Source: a virus (lineage: Duplodnaviria > Caudoviricetes). Taken from it: a stretch of 64,000 bases of DNA. The stretch lies in IMG/VR virus record IMGVR_UViG_2934377003_000001, positions 13,687-77,686 of that record. The stretch is one strand, 5' to 3'. Below the pieces are notes generated by a model. That model ran no database searches, was not told the origin of the DNA, and saw only the letters and a program-made list of their open reading frames with translations. Both the position numbers and the translations under genes were made by a program. Positions 19,032 to 29,992 of the stretch are shown piece after piece; position 1 is the stretch's first letter, and each line of letters opens with the position of its first letter.

Positions 19032-22027
19032 TCACTTCTGGGCGGGTAGTGGTCTGCCGCATCGGGCGCAGTGGGTGTGTCCGGGGCGTCGGATGTGGCC
19101 TGCGGTGCGTTCGTTGCCGTAGGCGTCGACGCATCTGTCGATCAGCGGGGTCATCGTTCTCACTCCTCGGCGGCACGCTGACGTGCGATGCAGTTGTGGG
19201 CGGGCAGGGTCTCCAGCGTCTTCGTGCGGACGACGGTTCCGCAGTCGGAGCACGGGATCAGGCCGGTGCAGTACCAGTCGCGCTCCTCATCCTCGATCAG
19301 AGCTTCCTCGTGCAGTCGGTCCAGCACGCGCTGCACCACGTCCATGGCTGGTGTCCTCACTTCTCGGTGGCGCGTCGGCAGGCGGGGCAGGTGACGGGCG
19401 CGTTGTCGGGCAGGAAGTCGCCGGCCTCGGCGTTTCGGTCGCAAGCGGTGACACGGTCGGAGTGGCCGACTGCGTAGCCGACGGCGTGGGTGTGGCGGCC
19501 TCGGGGGAGCCTCACCCGCTCGGGCCACTTCGCGCTCATGCTGGTCTCCTCACTTCTCGGTGGCGGGGTCGGCGGCGGCCTTCTGCTGCTGACGCCACTG
19601 GTAGCGGAGTTCCTGGGCGTCCTCCCAGAGCTGGTCGTAGCGGGAGCGGGCGTTGACGAACGCTTTGCGCGCGTCCTCGATGTCCTCCTCCAGGCGGCGC
19701 TTCCGCTCCTCGTACTCGTCCTCCGTCATGGTCAGGCTCCTCGCTCCTCGTCTGCGTTCATGATGCCGATGGCGGCGATGTCGCCCCGGCTGAGTTGGTA
19801 GGTGCATCCGTCGGCCTCGGCGGTGATCCCGCCGGGGCCCGCTTCGGTGATCTCGTAGACGCGGGTCTGGTTGTCGCGCATTCCGGCGTTCGGGAACCGC
19901 ACCCGGTCGCCGGGCGCGTACCGGCGGCCGCCGATGTCGAAGGCGGCATCGGTGCGGGGTTCGGTGGTCACGGCTTCTCCGGGTAGGCGGTTTCGAAGTG
20001 CTCCCAGCGCCCGTAGTCGACGCTCCACTTCTCGACGCGGATACGGACGGTCCGGCTGGTTCCGTTGGCGATGCGCTCCTTCTCTGCGGCCACTTCCCGG
20101 TAGGTCTCGGGCTCGGAACGGTGCTTGGTCTCCACGACGGAACCGGGCGTCGTGTGCAGCAGACGCCACGGACGGGACGGCTTCTTCGGAGTGGGCATGG
20201 TCAATCCTCGTCTCGGTCGGTCCAGTAGCGTCTGTCGGCGGCGGCTGCTTGGGCGGGGGTTTCGTCCCACCAGTCGGCGGGAGGCCCCGGCTCGACCAGC
20301 GGGGCAGGCGGCTGGGCGGTCACGTCGGGAACACCTCCGGGTGGGCGGCCTTCCAGTCCAGCCAGTGCGGCATCGGCTCGTCGCCGATGGTGTGGCAGAG
20401 GTCCATGACCTGTTCCAGCGAGAGCGGGCCGGGGTGCTTCGTGTACTCGTGTTCGGTGCCCCGGGTCTTGGGACTGGACGGCACGTAGGTGGGCCCGTTC
20501 TGCCAGGTGACGACGCGGTATCCCCAGTCGTCGGCGCCGTACTTGATGAAGACGCGGGTGACGACGCGACCTTCGACGTCGAGGGGCCGCTGGAGCATCC
20601 GCTGCCGCCCGCGGTCGCCGAGGAAGTAGTGGATGTACTCGTCGATGTAGGACCGCAGCATCGCGGCCTCGGCGTCGGTGGGCCGTTCGGCGCTGCCCCA
20701 GCTGTACGGCCCGGTGTCTACGTCGATGTAGGCGGCGATGTACTTCCATTCCGGGTTGAAGCTGGTGACGACGGGGATGCGGAGCTTCGTCAGCGGGTCG
20801 CTCTCGGCAGCATCGGTGCCGAACGGCCAGGCGGCGGTCATCACTGCTCCTGCTGGTCGTCGCCGAGGGCGATGGCGTGGACGCGGCGGACGGTGAACGG
20901 CTCACCCGAGGCGATGCCGCCGCGCTCCATCTCGTCGCACAGATCCATCACCCTGCTGAGGCGGTCGGCGGTCTCGGTCTCCCGCTCGAAGTTCGCCAGG
21001 ATCACTTCGGCGTCCGCGTGGGTGTGGGTGGCGGACAGTACGGCCAGCAGGTACTGGCGGGCAGTCATCGATCGGCGGGCGGCGATCTTTTCGCGGACCC
21101 GGGCCTTTGCGGCGGCCTTCTCTTCGGCGTTCATGATTCTCCTAGCTGGGTTGGGATGTGGGCCCACCGCGCGGTGAGCCCAGGATTGTGGGCGGTGGGA
21201 ACCTTGGAGGCCCCCGGCCCGGCTGCGGGTGGTTACAGGAGGCCTTCGGGGTCGGCGAAGCGGGCGGTGGTGCGCGCCCAGTGGTGCCGGGCGTCGTGCC
21301 CGTCGGAGATCAGGACGGCGTTGCGGAGCGCCGCGATGAACTGCGCCCGCCGCAAGCCGTCGAACCCGAACTCGGTGACCGCCTGTTCGCGGATGAGTCG
21401 CACGTCGTGCGGGGTGACCAGGTCGTCGGTCGGCAGCTCGGACAGGTACAGAGCCTGCCCGGCGGGGGTGAGCGTCGTGTCGACCCAGTCGGGGTTGAGG
21501 TCGGGGTTCACGGCGGGCTCCTTCGCGGGGTGATGGGCGGCTGATCAGCGCCGGGCGCGGCGGACGGCCCAGCGGGCGGTTTCGGTGACGGCCATGACGG
21601 CGACCGCGACAACCGCAGCCACCTGCACCTCACCGGTGCGGGCCCAGGCAGCGAACTCGGCGATGAAACCCATGACGACTCCTTCGGGTCAGGCGGCGAG
21701 GACGAGTCGGGCGGCGGCGAGCTTGAACGCGAGCCGGCGGGGCCGGTATGCGGCGGCGATGAGGGCGACGGCGGCGGGCGTGTACCGCTGGCAGTCCCGC
21801 ATCCGCCGGCCGCGGTGGATGCGGCCCGGGATGCCGACGACGCCCAGCTTGGCGGCGACTTTGCGCAACGTGCTGACCATGCTGCGGGCGTCGCGCGGGG
21901 CGAGTCCCTGAGCGATGGCGTGCGAGGCGAGGGTGCCGGTGCCGCGACGGTTGATGCGGGAGGCGGCACGGGTGGTGCGGGCGCGAGCCTTCAGCGCGGC
22001 GCGGCGGGCGCGGTTCGAGCGGATCAT
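19032..22027 (-). other. Cluster of about 11 small, translationally coupled hypothetical phage genes (e.g. 19357-19539, 19968-20198, 20320-20844, 20841-21134, 21233-21511, 21689-22027)
   Basis: Overlapping stop/start (GTGA/ATGA) junctions with RBSs; no recognisable family. Confidence 0.65.
19347..19565. repeat. 26-bp direct repeat (one mismatch) flanking a 60-aa gene
   Basis: gctggtGtcctcacttctcggtggcg at 19347-19372 and gctggtCtcctcacttctcggtggcg at 19540-19565. Confidence 0.9.
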
Positions 22028-22048
22028 GCGGGTCCCCCTTGGTGCGAC

Positions 22049-22170
22049 TGCCAACTTTCTTGGCACTTCGATAGTGACACGCCCACCCGGCGGAGTGCAA
22101 CATAGTTGGCATGACGAATCCCCGAATCAGTGCCCACTCGGTTGGCAGTGAGCTGCCTACCGACTTGGCA
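22049..22170. promoter_or_regulatory. Four palindromic operator-like sites, TGCCnA-N5-TTGGCA, in a divergent promoter
   Basis: Copies at 22049-22065 (perfect), 22095-22111 (left half degenerate), 22131-22147 and 22154-22170. Confidence 0.75.
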
Positions 22171-22194
22171 GCCACACGTGAGATCATCTGGGAC

Positions 22195-22437
22195 ATGACG
22201 CCACGCCCCGACCCTCAGACCGAGGCCGCCTGGCTTCGCAAGCTCGACCGCGCAACCACGGCCCACGAGAAGGCCAGGGTCACGCTCGACGAACTCGTCG
22301 CTGACGCGCGAGCAGCCGGCGTCCCCCTCATGACCATCGCCAAGCACACGCCCTACAGCCGCGAGTGGGCACGAAAGATCGCTGACCGCATCGACAAGGA
22401 GCGAGCCGCCAGAAAGGCAGCCGAGGAGGGTTCATGA
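22195..22437 (+). CDS. Small HTH DNA-binding protein
   Basis: LVADARAAGVPLMTIAKHTPYSREWARKI helix-turn-helix; divergent from the leftward cluster. Confidence 0.7.
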   Translation: MTPRPDPQTEAAWLRKLDRATTAHEKARVTLDELVADARAAGVPLMTIAKHTPYSREWARKIADRIDKERAARKAAEEGS

Positions 22438-22907
22438 CGACTGCCGTAACCCGCACGGCCCTCTACCGGCTGTACGACATCGACGACCGCCTCCTCTACA
22501 TCGGCATAGCTGTTGATCCGGAGACTCGATTGCGGGTGCATTCGCGCGAGAAGACGTGGTGGCCCATGGTCGCGCAGCGCTCAATCGAGTGGTTCGCCGA
22601 CCGGCCTGCGGCCGAGGCGGCGGAGAGGTCGGCCATCGTCACCGAAAAGCCAGTGCACAACGTTTCGCACTCCACCACCCGCAAGCGCGGGGACGCGATC
22701 CGCGAGTATCGAAGCCCTTACCCCAAGCCCCGGCAGGTGCGCATCGCCACCCAGCGATGGGGCGAGTTCGGGCGTGTAGCAAGGCTCGGGGGGACGTCGC
22801 GAGGCAAGGTCGTGGCACAGCTCATCGACTGGTACATCGGCGAGCCTGGAGCCGAGCTGCCGGTTCGGCCCCAGAAGGTCCAGGCCGGGGAGGCGCAGGA
22901 TGGATGA
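22434..22907 (+). CDS. GIY-YIG domain protein with a C-terminal RHH-like segment
   Basis: ALYRLYD...LLYIGIA...R...H...E...HN; C-terminal RQVRI...W..F...LIDWY. Confidence 0.8.
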   Translation: MTTAVTRTALYRLYDIDDRLLYIGIAVDPETRLRVHSREKTWWPMVAQRSIEWFADRPAAEAAERSAIVTEKPVHNVSHSTTRKRGDAIREYRSPYPKPRQVRIATQRWGEFGRVARLGGTSRGKVVAQLIDWYIGEPGAELPVRPQKVQAGEAQDG

Positions 22908-23274
22908 GCTGGTGCAGTGGCTGCGCGCGCAGCTCGACGGGGACGAGCGGACCGCGCGGGCGGCTGACGGCGAGCTCTCCGCCGTGTTCACCCGGATCGG
23001 CAGCTTCGACCCGGAGATGGCGGCCGACGAGCGGCACATCATGACGCACCAGCCGGCGCGGGTGCTGCGCGAGATCGACGCCAAGCGGCGCACCTTGGAG
23101 CGGCACACCCCCCACAGCAGCGGAACAGCCGATTGCTCGGTGCACTGCGAGCGGGCCCATCCTGGCGTACAGGTGTGCAACCACGACGGCCGCCGCTGGC
23201 CCTGTCCCGACGCTCTCGACCTGACAGCCGGATACGCGGACCGGCCCGGCTACCGGGAGACGTGGCGCCCGTAG
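22900..23274 (+). CDS. DUF6221-like hypothetical protein
   Basis: LVQWLRAQLDGDE, PARVLREIDAKRR, YADRPGYRETWRP. Confidence 0.75.
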   Translation: MDELVQWLRAQLDGDERTARAADGELSAVFTRIGSFDPEMAADERHIMTHQPARVLREIDAKRRTLERHTPHSSGTADCSVHCERAHPGVQVCNHDGRRWPCPDALDLTAGYADRPGYRETWRP

Positions 23275-23284
23275 CCGAACGACG

Positions 23285-23322
23285 GAAGGCCCCGCACCGG
23301 AGCGATCCGGGCGGGGCCTTCC
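23285..23322. terminator. Bidirectional hairpin between convergent genes
   Basis: gaaggccccgc...gcggggccttc inverted repeat. Confidence 0.7.
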
Positions 23323-23333
23323 GCGCTACGTCG

Positions 23334-23894
23334 TCAGGCGCCTTGGGTGATGACGTCGGTGACTTCGACTGTGACCTTCGTACTCGATGACGGGGTGCTG
23401 ATCGAGGTGGGCGTGTAGTTCAGCGTCGTCTCGTCCATGAGTTCGGCGGTTTCGATGACGGGACCGGAGTCGCCGCCACGGATCTCGTAGGTGATCTCGT
23501 AGATCGCGTCCGGGTCGATGTCCATGAAGTTGCCGGTGAACTCCATCTTGGGCTCGACGGTGACGTTGCAGCCCGCGGAGCCGAAGCACTGCCGGTCGGT
23601 GGTGCGCAGCGTCATCTTGAAGTCGTCGGCGGACAGCGGCCCGTAGGTGGGCTCGGCCGGTTCTTCCGCTTCCTCGGCGGCGGGGGCGGCGTCTTCAACG
23701 GGCGTGCTGGACGCGCTGCTGGCGGCGGGCTTGCTGTCGTCGTCCTGCGCCTGGACCACGATGACGCCGGTGCCGATGATCGCGGCGATGACGGCGGCCG
23801 CGGACCCGACGATGATCAGGTTGGTGCGGGACTTCCTCGGCGCGGGCGGCAGGATCGGAGGCTGCTCGGGCATCGGCGGCGTGGGCTGATTCAT
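23334..23894 (-). CDS. Membrane-anchored/secreted protein
   Basis: Pro-rich N-terminus, one TM helix, extracytoplasmic domain with CFGSAGC. Confidence 0.75.
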   Translation of the reverse strand: MNQPTPPMPEQPPILPPAPRKSRTNLIIVGSAAAVIAAIIGTGVIVVQAQDDDSKPAASSASSTPVEDAAPAAEEAEEPAEPTYGPLSADDFKMTLRTTDRQCFGSAGCNVTVEPKMEFTGNFMDIDPDAIYEITYEIRGGDSGPVIETAELMDETTLNYTPTSISTPSSSTKVTVEVTDVITQGA

Positions 23895-24230
23895 GGTTCC
23901 CCCCAGGGAGTTCGTGCGTGGATGCATGATGCTCGCCTGTGGAGGCGCCGTGAAGGGAAAGTTCCTGATCCGTGACCCGAATCGGCGGAACCCCCGCCAC
24001 TCCCCCGCGGCGACCGGCAGACTGCGGGTATGGCGATCCGGGTGAGCGTCCAGGCGGCGACGGAGGACGAGTGCGTCGAAGGCCTCGCCCAGCTCGTGGA
24101 TGCCGGGTTCCTGCCGGTGATGCTGCCCCGGTACCTCACCGACGGCCGCTGGATGGCGCGGGCGGTGCCGGCACCAGCGACGAAGGCCCCGGCCGCGGGT
24201 GGCGGTCGGGGCCCTGTCGTTTCGGGTTGA

Positions 24231-26843
24231 TCAGGTGGCCAAGTCCCGGTACTCGTCGGCCATGTCGCCCAGCCCCGCGAGGCACAGTGCCGCGCACTGC
24301 AGGAGTACCTCACGGCGTTGGGACTGCTCGTCGGAGGCTTCGGAGATCAGGCGGGCGGCGGATTTGAGGTCGTGGTGGCCGACGATCCCGGCCACCTCCA
24401 GATGATCGGCGACCGCACCCAACTGGGCGATGAACCCGGCCACGGTGGTGGCGGGGGTGGGCTCGTGGGCGAGGTAGGCGACGGCGTGCGCGTGCTGCTG
24501 GACGAGACCGTCGACGGTGAACGTGGCGGGCATGGGGGTCACCGGCCGGCGTTGTCGATGAGCCACCGGCCGTATGCGCGGTCGGCGTCGGCGTGGATGC
24601 CTGTCCGGTCGCTTCCGGCGGCGACGGCGGCTTCTACGGCGGGCTGCACGGTGCCGCGGTAGAAGTCGCCGGTGCGCTCACCGGCCCGCTCCCGCCGGTT
24701 CAGGTCGACGAGGGCGGCGACCGCCTTCCTTTCGAACTGCTGCTTGTCGGCCATGGTGTCTCCTACTGGTAGGCGGGCCCGTCGTATTCGACGGCGGTGA
24801 TCTGGGCGGACGGGTTCTCCTGCTGGGTGCGGAGGACGTCGGCGACGAGACTGTCGAGGCTGTTCGTCGAGTTGAACGACAGCAACTTGCCGGTGCGCCG
24901 GTCGTACAGCCGGTAGTGCAGGTTGGTGTGCGTCTGACGGCGGACGGGCAGGGGCTTGCCGTTCCAGGTGTCGGCCATGGTCACCTGGCCCATCGGTGGG
25001 GCTCGTGGTCGGCGGCGGCGTCGAGGATGGCCATGGCGGCGGCCTGTCGGTCGAGTCCGGCGGCGACGGCTTCCTCGATGACCTGGTCGGCTTTCTTGCT
25101 GCTGCCGCGGCCGAGGAATCCGCCGCGCTGCAACTGGCGGCCGGCTTCCTGGATTTGGGCCGGGGTGGGCTTGGGCATGGTCACTTCCCGATCGCGTTGC
25201 CGGGGGCCATGCGGATCTCCCCGTAGGTGTCGAGTACGTCCTGGTGGTGCCGGTTGCAGAAGTACTTGCCGCGGGCCTTCGGGCGGGTGCAGAAGCGGTG
25301 GCCGTCGTTCTGCCGGTGGTCGACCTGGGTCTGGTAGCCGCAGGTCTGGCTGCTGCGGTCGGGTTCGGTGCGGGTGAAGCCCATCAGAGGCCCTTCCTTG
25401 CGGCCTTCCGGAACCTCTTCGGCAGCTGCTCCTCGGCGTCGATGACGGCCTGGTTGAGGCGCTGGTACTCGGGCGTTTCGTGGGTGATTCCGGCGGCGGC
25501 TTCGCGGGCGGTGTTCTCGGCGAGGGCGGCAGACGCCTTGTGGTAGTCGGCGATCAGACGGTTCTCGTCGGCGTACACGGCGAGCTCGTCGCGGCTGGGC
25601 TTAGACATGGTGGTCTCCTACTTGTTGTGGGTGTGGGTGTGCTGGGTGGCTCGGTCGAAGGCGGCGAGAACGGGTGCGGCGGTTCGCTGCTGGGCGTTCC
25701 AGCTGGGGATCGTGTCGGCCGCAGGGGAGCGTTCCTGGATGGCGTCGAGGAGCGCCACGCACGCGTCGTGCGTGGCATCCCGGTCGCCGCGGGATTCGAG
25801 GCGGATCGCCTGGATGGGGCAGACGGCGCCGGCTTCGTCGCGGACGGCGTCCCGGCACCAGCCCGCGGTCTCGATCCGAACGCGGGCCCGGTGGAGGAGG
25901 TCGGCGACGGGCGTCCGGTACGGGGACGGCGAGGCGGCCGGTGCGGGCAGGGGTGCTTCGGTGATGTGCGGAACCTGCCCGGCGCCGGGCAGGTGCGCGG
26001 TGTTGACCTCGAACTCGACCGCGGCTTCGTCGAGGCGGGCGCTCATGACGGCGCCGGTCAGGGCGAGTCGGGCGTCCAAGTCGAGGACGGGCGGGGCGTG
26101 CGGACTTGCGGGCGCGCGGGTGGTCGTGGGCATGATGAGGGTCTCTCCGTCGATCTTCTGGTGGGCGGGTGAGACCGGGGCGCCCCTGGTCGCTGCCAGG
26201 CATTCGAGGGGCGCCCCGGGCGGAGCTACAGGTCTTCGCCGAAGCGGACGGTCATGGTGGCGTCGAGGAGTTCCGCGGCCTCGCTGCCGTCGGTGGTGCG
26301 AGTGTCGAAGCGGGCCGTGACCTCGCGGATGATTCGGTCGGTGGTGGCGCGGTCGCCACGCTTCTTCGCCGCCACGTAGTCGCGGACGGTCTGGTGGGTG
26401 TACTGCACGGTGATCTCCTTCGGGTTGGGGTGGGGTCAGATGCGCCAGCCGCCGAGGCGGCGACGGGTCTTCGGGTTGGAGCCCTGCGCGGCCTGCTTCT
26501 CCAGGCCCCGCAACTCGGCCTCGTCCAAGATCCCCTCGTAGTTGTCCGAGCCCATCGGGCCCGCAACCTGCGGGGCCGGGTCGGCGATGTTCCGCATGCC
26601 GCGCGGCGGCGCGTCGAACACCGGGCCGCGGGTCTGGCACAAGGTCACCGCGCTGTATCCCGACTCCGTGCACGGGCTCCCCGTGAACGGAAGCCGGGAC
26701 GTGAACCGGTACTCGCCGTACAGGTGCGCGTCCTCGTAGGGCGCGGCCCGCCGGCTGATGTCGTACACGACGTAGTACGACTTCCCGAGCTCCACATCGC
26801 GGGCGAACTTCTTCGCCTGGCTGGCACTCCACGACTTCGACAT
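24231..26843 (-). other. Cluster of about 9 small hypothetical genes downstream of traB (including DUF6197-like 25618-26133, 26226-26408 and 26436-26843), similar in style to AICE/plasmid accessory genes
   Basis: Coupled small ORFs with RBSs; LDLDARLAL...GWC...GAVC...IPSWN pattern at 25618-26133. Confidence 0.65.
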
Positions 26844-26882
26844 AGATGATCTCCGCTTCCGGTATGGGATGGTTTGCTCTCG

Positions 26883-27043
26883 CTGCTCAGGACTGCTCAG
26901 CGGGAGAAAGTGCAGGTCGGGTCTGCTCAGCCGCCTGATCAGGCGCTGCTCAGAGCAGACGCTGAGCAGGTCGTGAGCAGCAGCCTGAGCAGCTGTGACC
27001 TGCGGGTTTGTGGCCTGATCAGGGCTGAGCAGGCCCTGATCAG
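26883..27043. repeat. clt-like array of 8-bp repeats (candidate TraB recognition sequences)
   Basis: CTGCTCAG at 26883, 26893, 26923, 26946; its reverse complement CTGAGCAG at 26962, 26985, 27025 (GTGAGCAG at 26973); palindromic CTGATCAG at 26935, 27015, 27036; non-coding and immediately 3' of traB. Confidence 0.8.
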
Positions 27044-27065
27044 GGGTACATACTTCGCATAGCGG

Positions 27066-29321
27066 TCACAGCAGGTGGCGGAGCCGATCACGCTTGAAGC
27101 CGCGCGGATTCTTCTCCTCGCCGATCGGACCCAGCGTGATCGGCGACCCAGCACCCGCCTGCTTCATCAGGGCCTTGAACGCGACGGCATCCATGTCGCC
27201 GTAGGCATCCGGGTCGTACTCCTGCAGCGCGGCAAGAAGCGGCTCGGTGATCATCCGGTCGACGTCCGCCTTCTCCATCACGTCGACCGCATCCTCGACC
27301 GCAGCCCGTGCCGGCCCGTCCGTCAGCTCCGAGCCGGCGGGCGGCTCTGCGTCGCACAGGCGCAGCAGTTGCTCCCAGGTGAGAAGCTTGACGGGCGCCG
27401 GCTTCTTGATCTGGTCGTCCTTGTCGTACTCGGGCTCGCAGTACTCGGGGAGGTCGACGTTCTTCATCGCGTCGAGGCTGTCCTGGTCGGGCTCGACCAG
27501 GCCGGCGTCGCACCTCTCCTGCGCCAGCTTGCGCAGCGTGGCGGAGGGCGTCTCGTGGACGGCGTACTCGATCGGCTCGTCCGGTCGGCCGGGCACGCCC
27601 TGGATGTAGACGTGGCCAGCGTCCTTAGGGTCGGTGTCGGTGGCGGGAGACAGCTTGTGCGGCATCCAGCCCTCGGCGACTGCCCCGTCTCCGAAGACGG
27701 CGCGGGTGTCGCCGACCTTGCAGGGCCCGACCGCCTTGAAGGCGATCATCTGGGCGATGTTCTCGCCGAGGTACAGCTTGGTGCCGCCCTGCGAAGCGAT
27801 GATCAGCGTGACGGCCTCCTTGCGGCCGACCAGCAGCAGATCGAAGGCCAGCTTCTTCGCCAGCTCGGATCCCTTGGGGAACTCGTCGAAGATGATCGTG
27901 AAGTGCGGGTGCTCCTTACTGACCTTCCACTTCTTGCCCATGCCGAGCTTCGCCCGCAGCCGGGCGCGACCCTTGGACAGCATCAGGAAGAACAGCAGGA
28001 CTGCTTCGATCTGCTCGTGGCTGCGCCCGGTGACCCGGACGGCGTCGTGGAGGTCCTCCAGACCGTCGCCGTGGGGGTCGAGGTCGATGGTGATGTTGTC
28101 GTAGCAGGCGGTGGTGATCTCACCGATGGCCTGCAGCAGGCCGGTCTTGCCGCCGCCTGACGCCGCAACGACGAGCCCCATGACCCCAGCGAACGCGGCG
28201 TCGAGGGGTTCGCCGCCCACAGAGGATCCGAGACGGCTCTTGCCCGTGATGGAGATCGACTTGGGGGCGCGATGGGGCAGCCCGGGGGCGGTGGCGAACG
28301 GGTCTCCCTCGACGAGGCGCAGGACCGCGCACGCCCGTCGCTCCAGGATGGGCTGGGGCCGGACACCGTTGGCTTTCAGGTCGAAGCGGGTCTCGAGGTC
28401 CCCGCTCTTCGCGATGATCGCTTCGGGGGTGCCTTCGCCGACGCGGACGACGCACTGCCAGCCCCACGGCTGCCGCTGCACATCGGCGACCTCGACGATC
28501 GGCACGTTCTCGGCGCGGGCGGCGAGGAGGACGCATTCAGCGAGCTGCTGCGGCGTGGACACGTTCCTGAGCGGGAACGGCTTGGCGCCTTCGTCGAGCT
28601 GCTCGACGTTCATGACGACGTGCGATCCGACGCTCATCGCTCCCCCGGCCTGCGTCGGGTCCGCCAGGAACGTGGCGGGCAGGCTGACCGGGGCCTGACC
28701 GAAAGGGGCCCCCACCTCCTTGGCCTCTTCGACGTGCGGGCGGGCCAGGAACCACCAGCCGAAGCCGCCGGCCGGGATCGACAGCAGCAGGAGGGCGGGT
28801 TCGGCGGCGATGCCGTGCAGGTAGCCGTAGCCTCCCGCGAGGACGGCGGCTACGCGGGTGGCCTTCTTCGTCCAGCGGGCACGGTCCAGTTCCCGGTTGG
28901 TGGGCGGCATGACGGCGACCGCGGGTCCTTCCGCAGCGCGGGTTTCGACGCGGGCCTGGAGCGCGGCGAGCTCGCCCTTGAGCCGCTCGATCTGGGGGCT
29001 GGTCTCCTCGCCCTGCCGGGCGGCGTCGATGCGGGCCTGTGCGAGGCGGCTGTTGACTCGGCCGACCTGGCGCAGGAGTTCGTCATCTTGGCGCTGCGCC
29101 TGGCGACGCTTGCTGTCGACGACCTGTTCGGCGAGCTTCTGGTCGTCGATGTCGGCGGTGGCGAACCAGCCGGCGAGGCGCTGCCGGACGTTCTGCTTCT
29201 GCTCACCGTAGGCGGCCTTGGCCTGCAGCTTCACGGTGTCAATCCGCCGCTTACGGGGGATGGTGGGCGGGTTGACGGGCATGGGCGGGATCTGCTCGAA
29301 GGGTTCGGTCTCGGTGGCCAC
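27066..29321 (-). CDS. traB: TraB-like FtsK/SpoIIIE conjugative DNA translocase
   Basis: 751 aa; N-terminal TM pair; Walker A variant AASGGGKT; Walker B IIFDEF; GRKEAVTLIIASQ; C-terminal wHTH-like domain (LLAALQEYDPDAYG...NPRGFKRDRL). Confidence 0.85.
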   Translation of the reverse strand: MATETEPFEQIPPMPVNPPTIPRKRRIDTVKLQAKAAYGEQKQNVRQRLAGWFATADIDDQKLAEQVVDSKRRQAQRQDDELLRQVGRVNSRLAQARIDAARQGEETSPQIERLKGELAALQARVETRAAEGPAVAVMPPTNRELDRARWTKKATRVAAVLAGGYGYLHGIAAEPALLLLSIPAGGFGWWFLARPHVEEAKEVGAPFGQAPVSLPATFLADPTQAGGAMSVGSHVVMNVEQLDEGAKPFPLRNVSTPQQLAECVLLAARAENVPIVEVADVQRQPWGWQCVVRVGEGTPEAIIAKSGDLETRFDLKANGVRPQPILERRACAVLRLVEGDPFATAPGLPHRAPKSISITGKSRLGSSVGGEPLDAAFAGVMGLVVAASGGGKTGLLQAIGEITTACYDNITIDLDPHGDGLEDLHDAVRVTGRSHEQIEAVLLFFLMLSKGRARLRAKLGMGKKWKVSKEHPHFTIIFDEFPKGSELAKKLAFDLLLVGRKEAVTLIIASQGGTKLYLGENIAQMIAFKAVGPCKVGDTRAVFGDGAVAEGWMPHKLSPATDTDPKDAGHVYIQGVPGRPDEPIEYAVHETPSATLRKLAQERCDAGLVEPDQDSLDAMKNVDLPEYCEPEYDKDDQIKKPAPVKLLTWEQLLRLCDAEPPAGSELTDGPARAAVEDAVDVMEKADVDRMITEPLLAALQEYDPDAYGDMDAVAFKALMKQAGAGSPITLGPIGEEKNPRGFKRDRLRHLL

Positions 29322-29378
29322 AAGCTGTCCTTTCCTGGGTCGGGGCGGGGCCCCGGGTTGGGGCCCCGCGGGGCGTGG

Positions 29379-29969
29379 TCAGCCGAGGTTGCCGAGCATG
29401 GTGCCCAGCGATCCGACGAGCGAGTTGGTGAGCTGGCTACCCATGGCGCCGATGACAGTCCCGGACAGGGCGATCCCGAGCAGGCCACCGAGGACCGCGT
29501 CGCCAGCCTTGAGGCCACTGTGCTTGACCTTGACGAACACGATGATCGCCAGGATGAGGATGGCGACGACGCCGACACCGATGGCGCCTCCGCCGGCCTG
29601 GGTCTGGTACTGCTGCTGGGTTCCGGCGGGCATCTGCTGCTGCGGGTTGACGAGCTGACTGCCGCTGCCGCTGTCGGGGGTGAGGTCGTTGGTGATGCCG
29701 TCGCCGCTGCCGGGCTCGGTGTCAGCCTTGAACCCGGCGACGACGGAGATCTGCTCGGTGGTGGCGTGGTGGCCGTAGCCGCCCATGCCGGTGATCCGCA
29801 GGGTGCGGCCGTCCGGCAGGGTCACCGGCGCGGTGACCGCCCGCTCGACCACGTGCTGGGTGGCGGCGGAAGCCGGCGACGGGGCGGCCACGGTGATGGT
29901 GGCGGCACCGCCGAGGACGGCGACCGCGGCACTGCCCGACACGGCGACACGACGAAGGGTGCTGGTCAT
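29379..29969 (-). CDS. Membrane protein upstream of traB (Spd/TraA-like)
   Basis: Signal peptide, Gln-rich linker, C-terminal TM helices. Confidence 0.65.
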   Translation of the reverse strand: MTSTLRRVAVSGSAAVAVLGGAATITVAAPSPASAATQHVVERAVTAPVTLPDGRTLRITGMGGYGHHATTEQISVVAGFKADTEPGSGDGITNDLTPDSGSGSQLVNPQQQMPAGTQQQYQTQAGGGAIGVGVVAILILAIIVFVKVKHSGLKAGDAVLGGLLGIALSGTVIGAMGSQLTNSLVGSLGTMLGNLG

Positions 29970-29992
29970 TTCGATCTCTCCAGAAAGGTGGG

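Noticed and set aside
26883-27043. Repeat array as a mini-CRISPR
   Set aside because: Units are only 8 bp with short irregular spacers and mixed orientation; no cas genes
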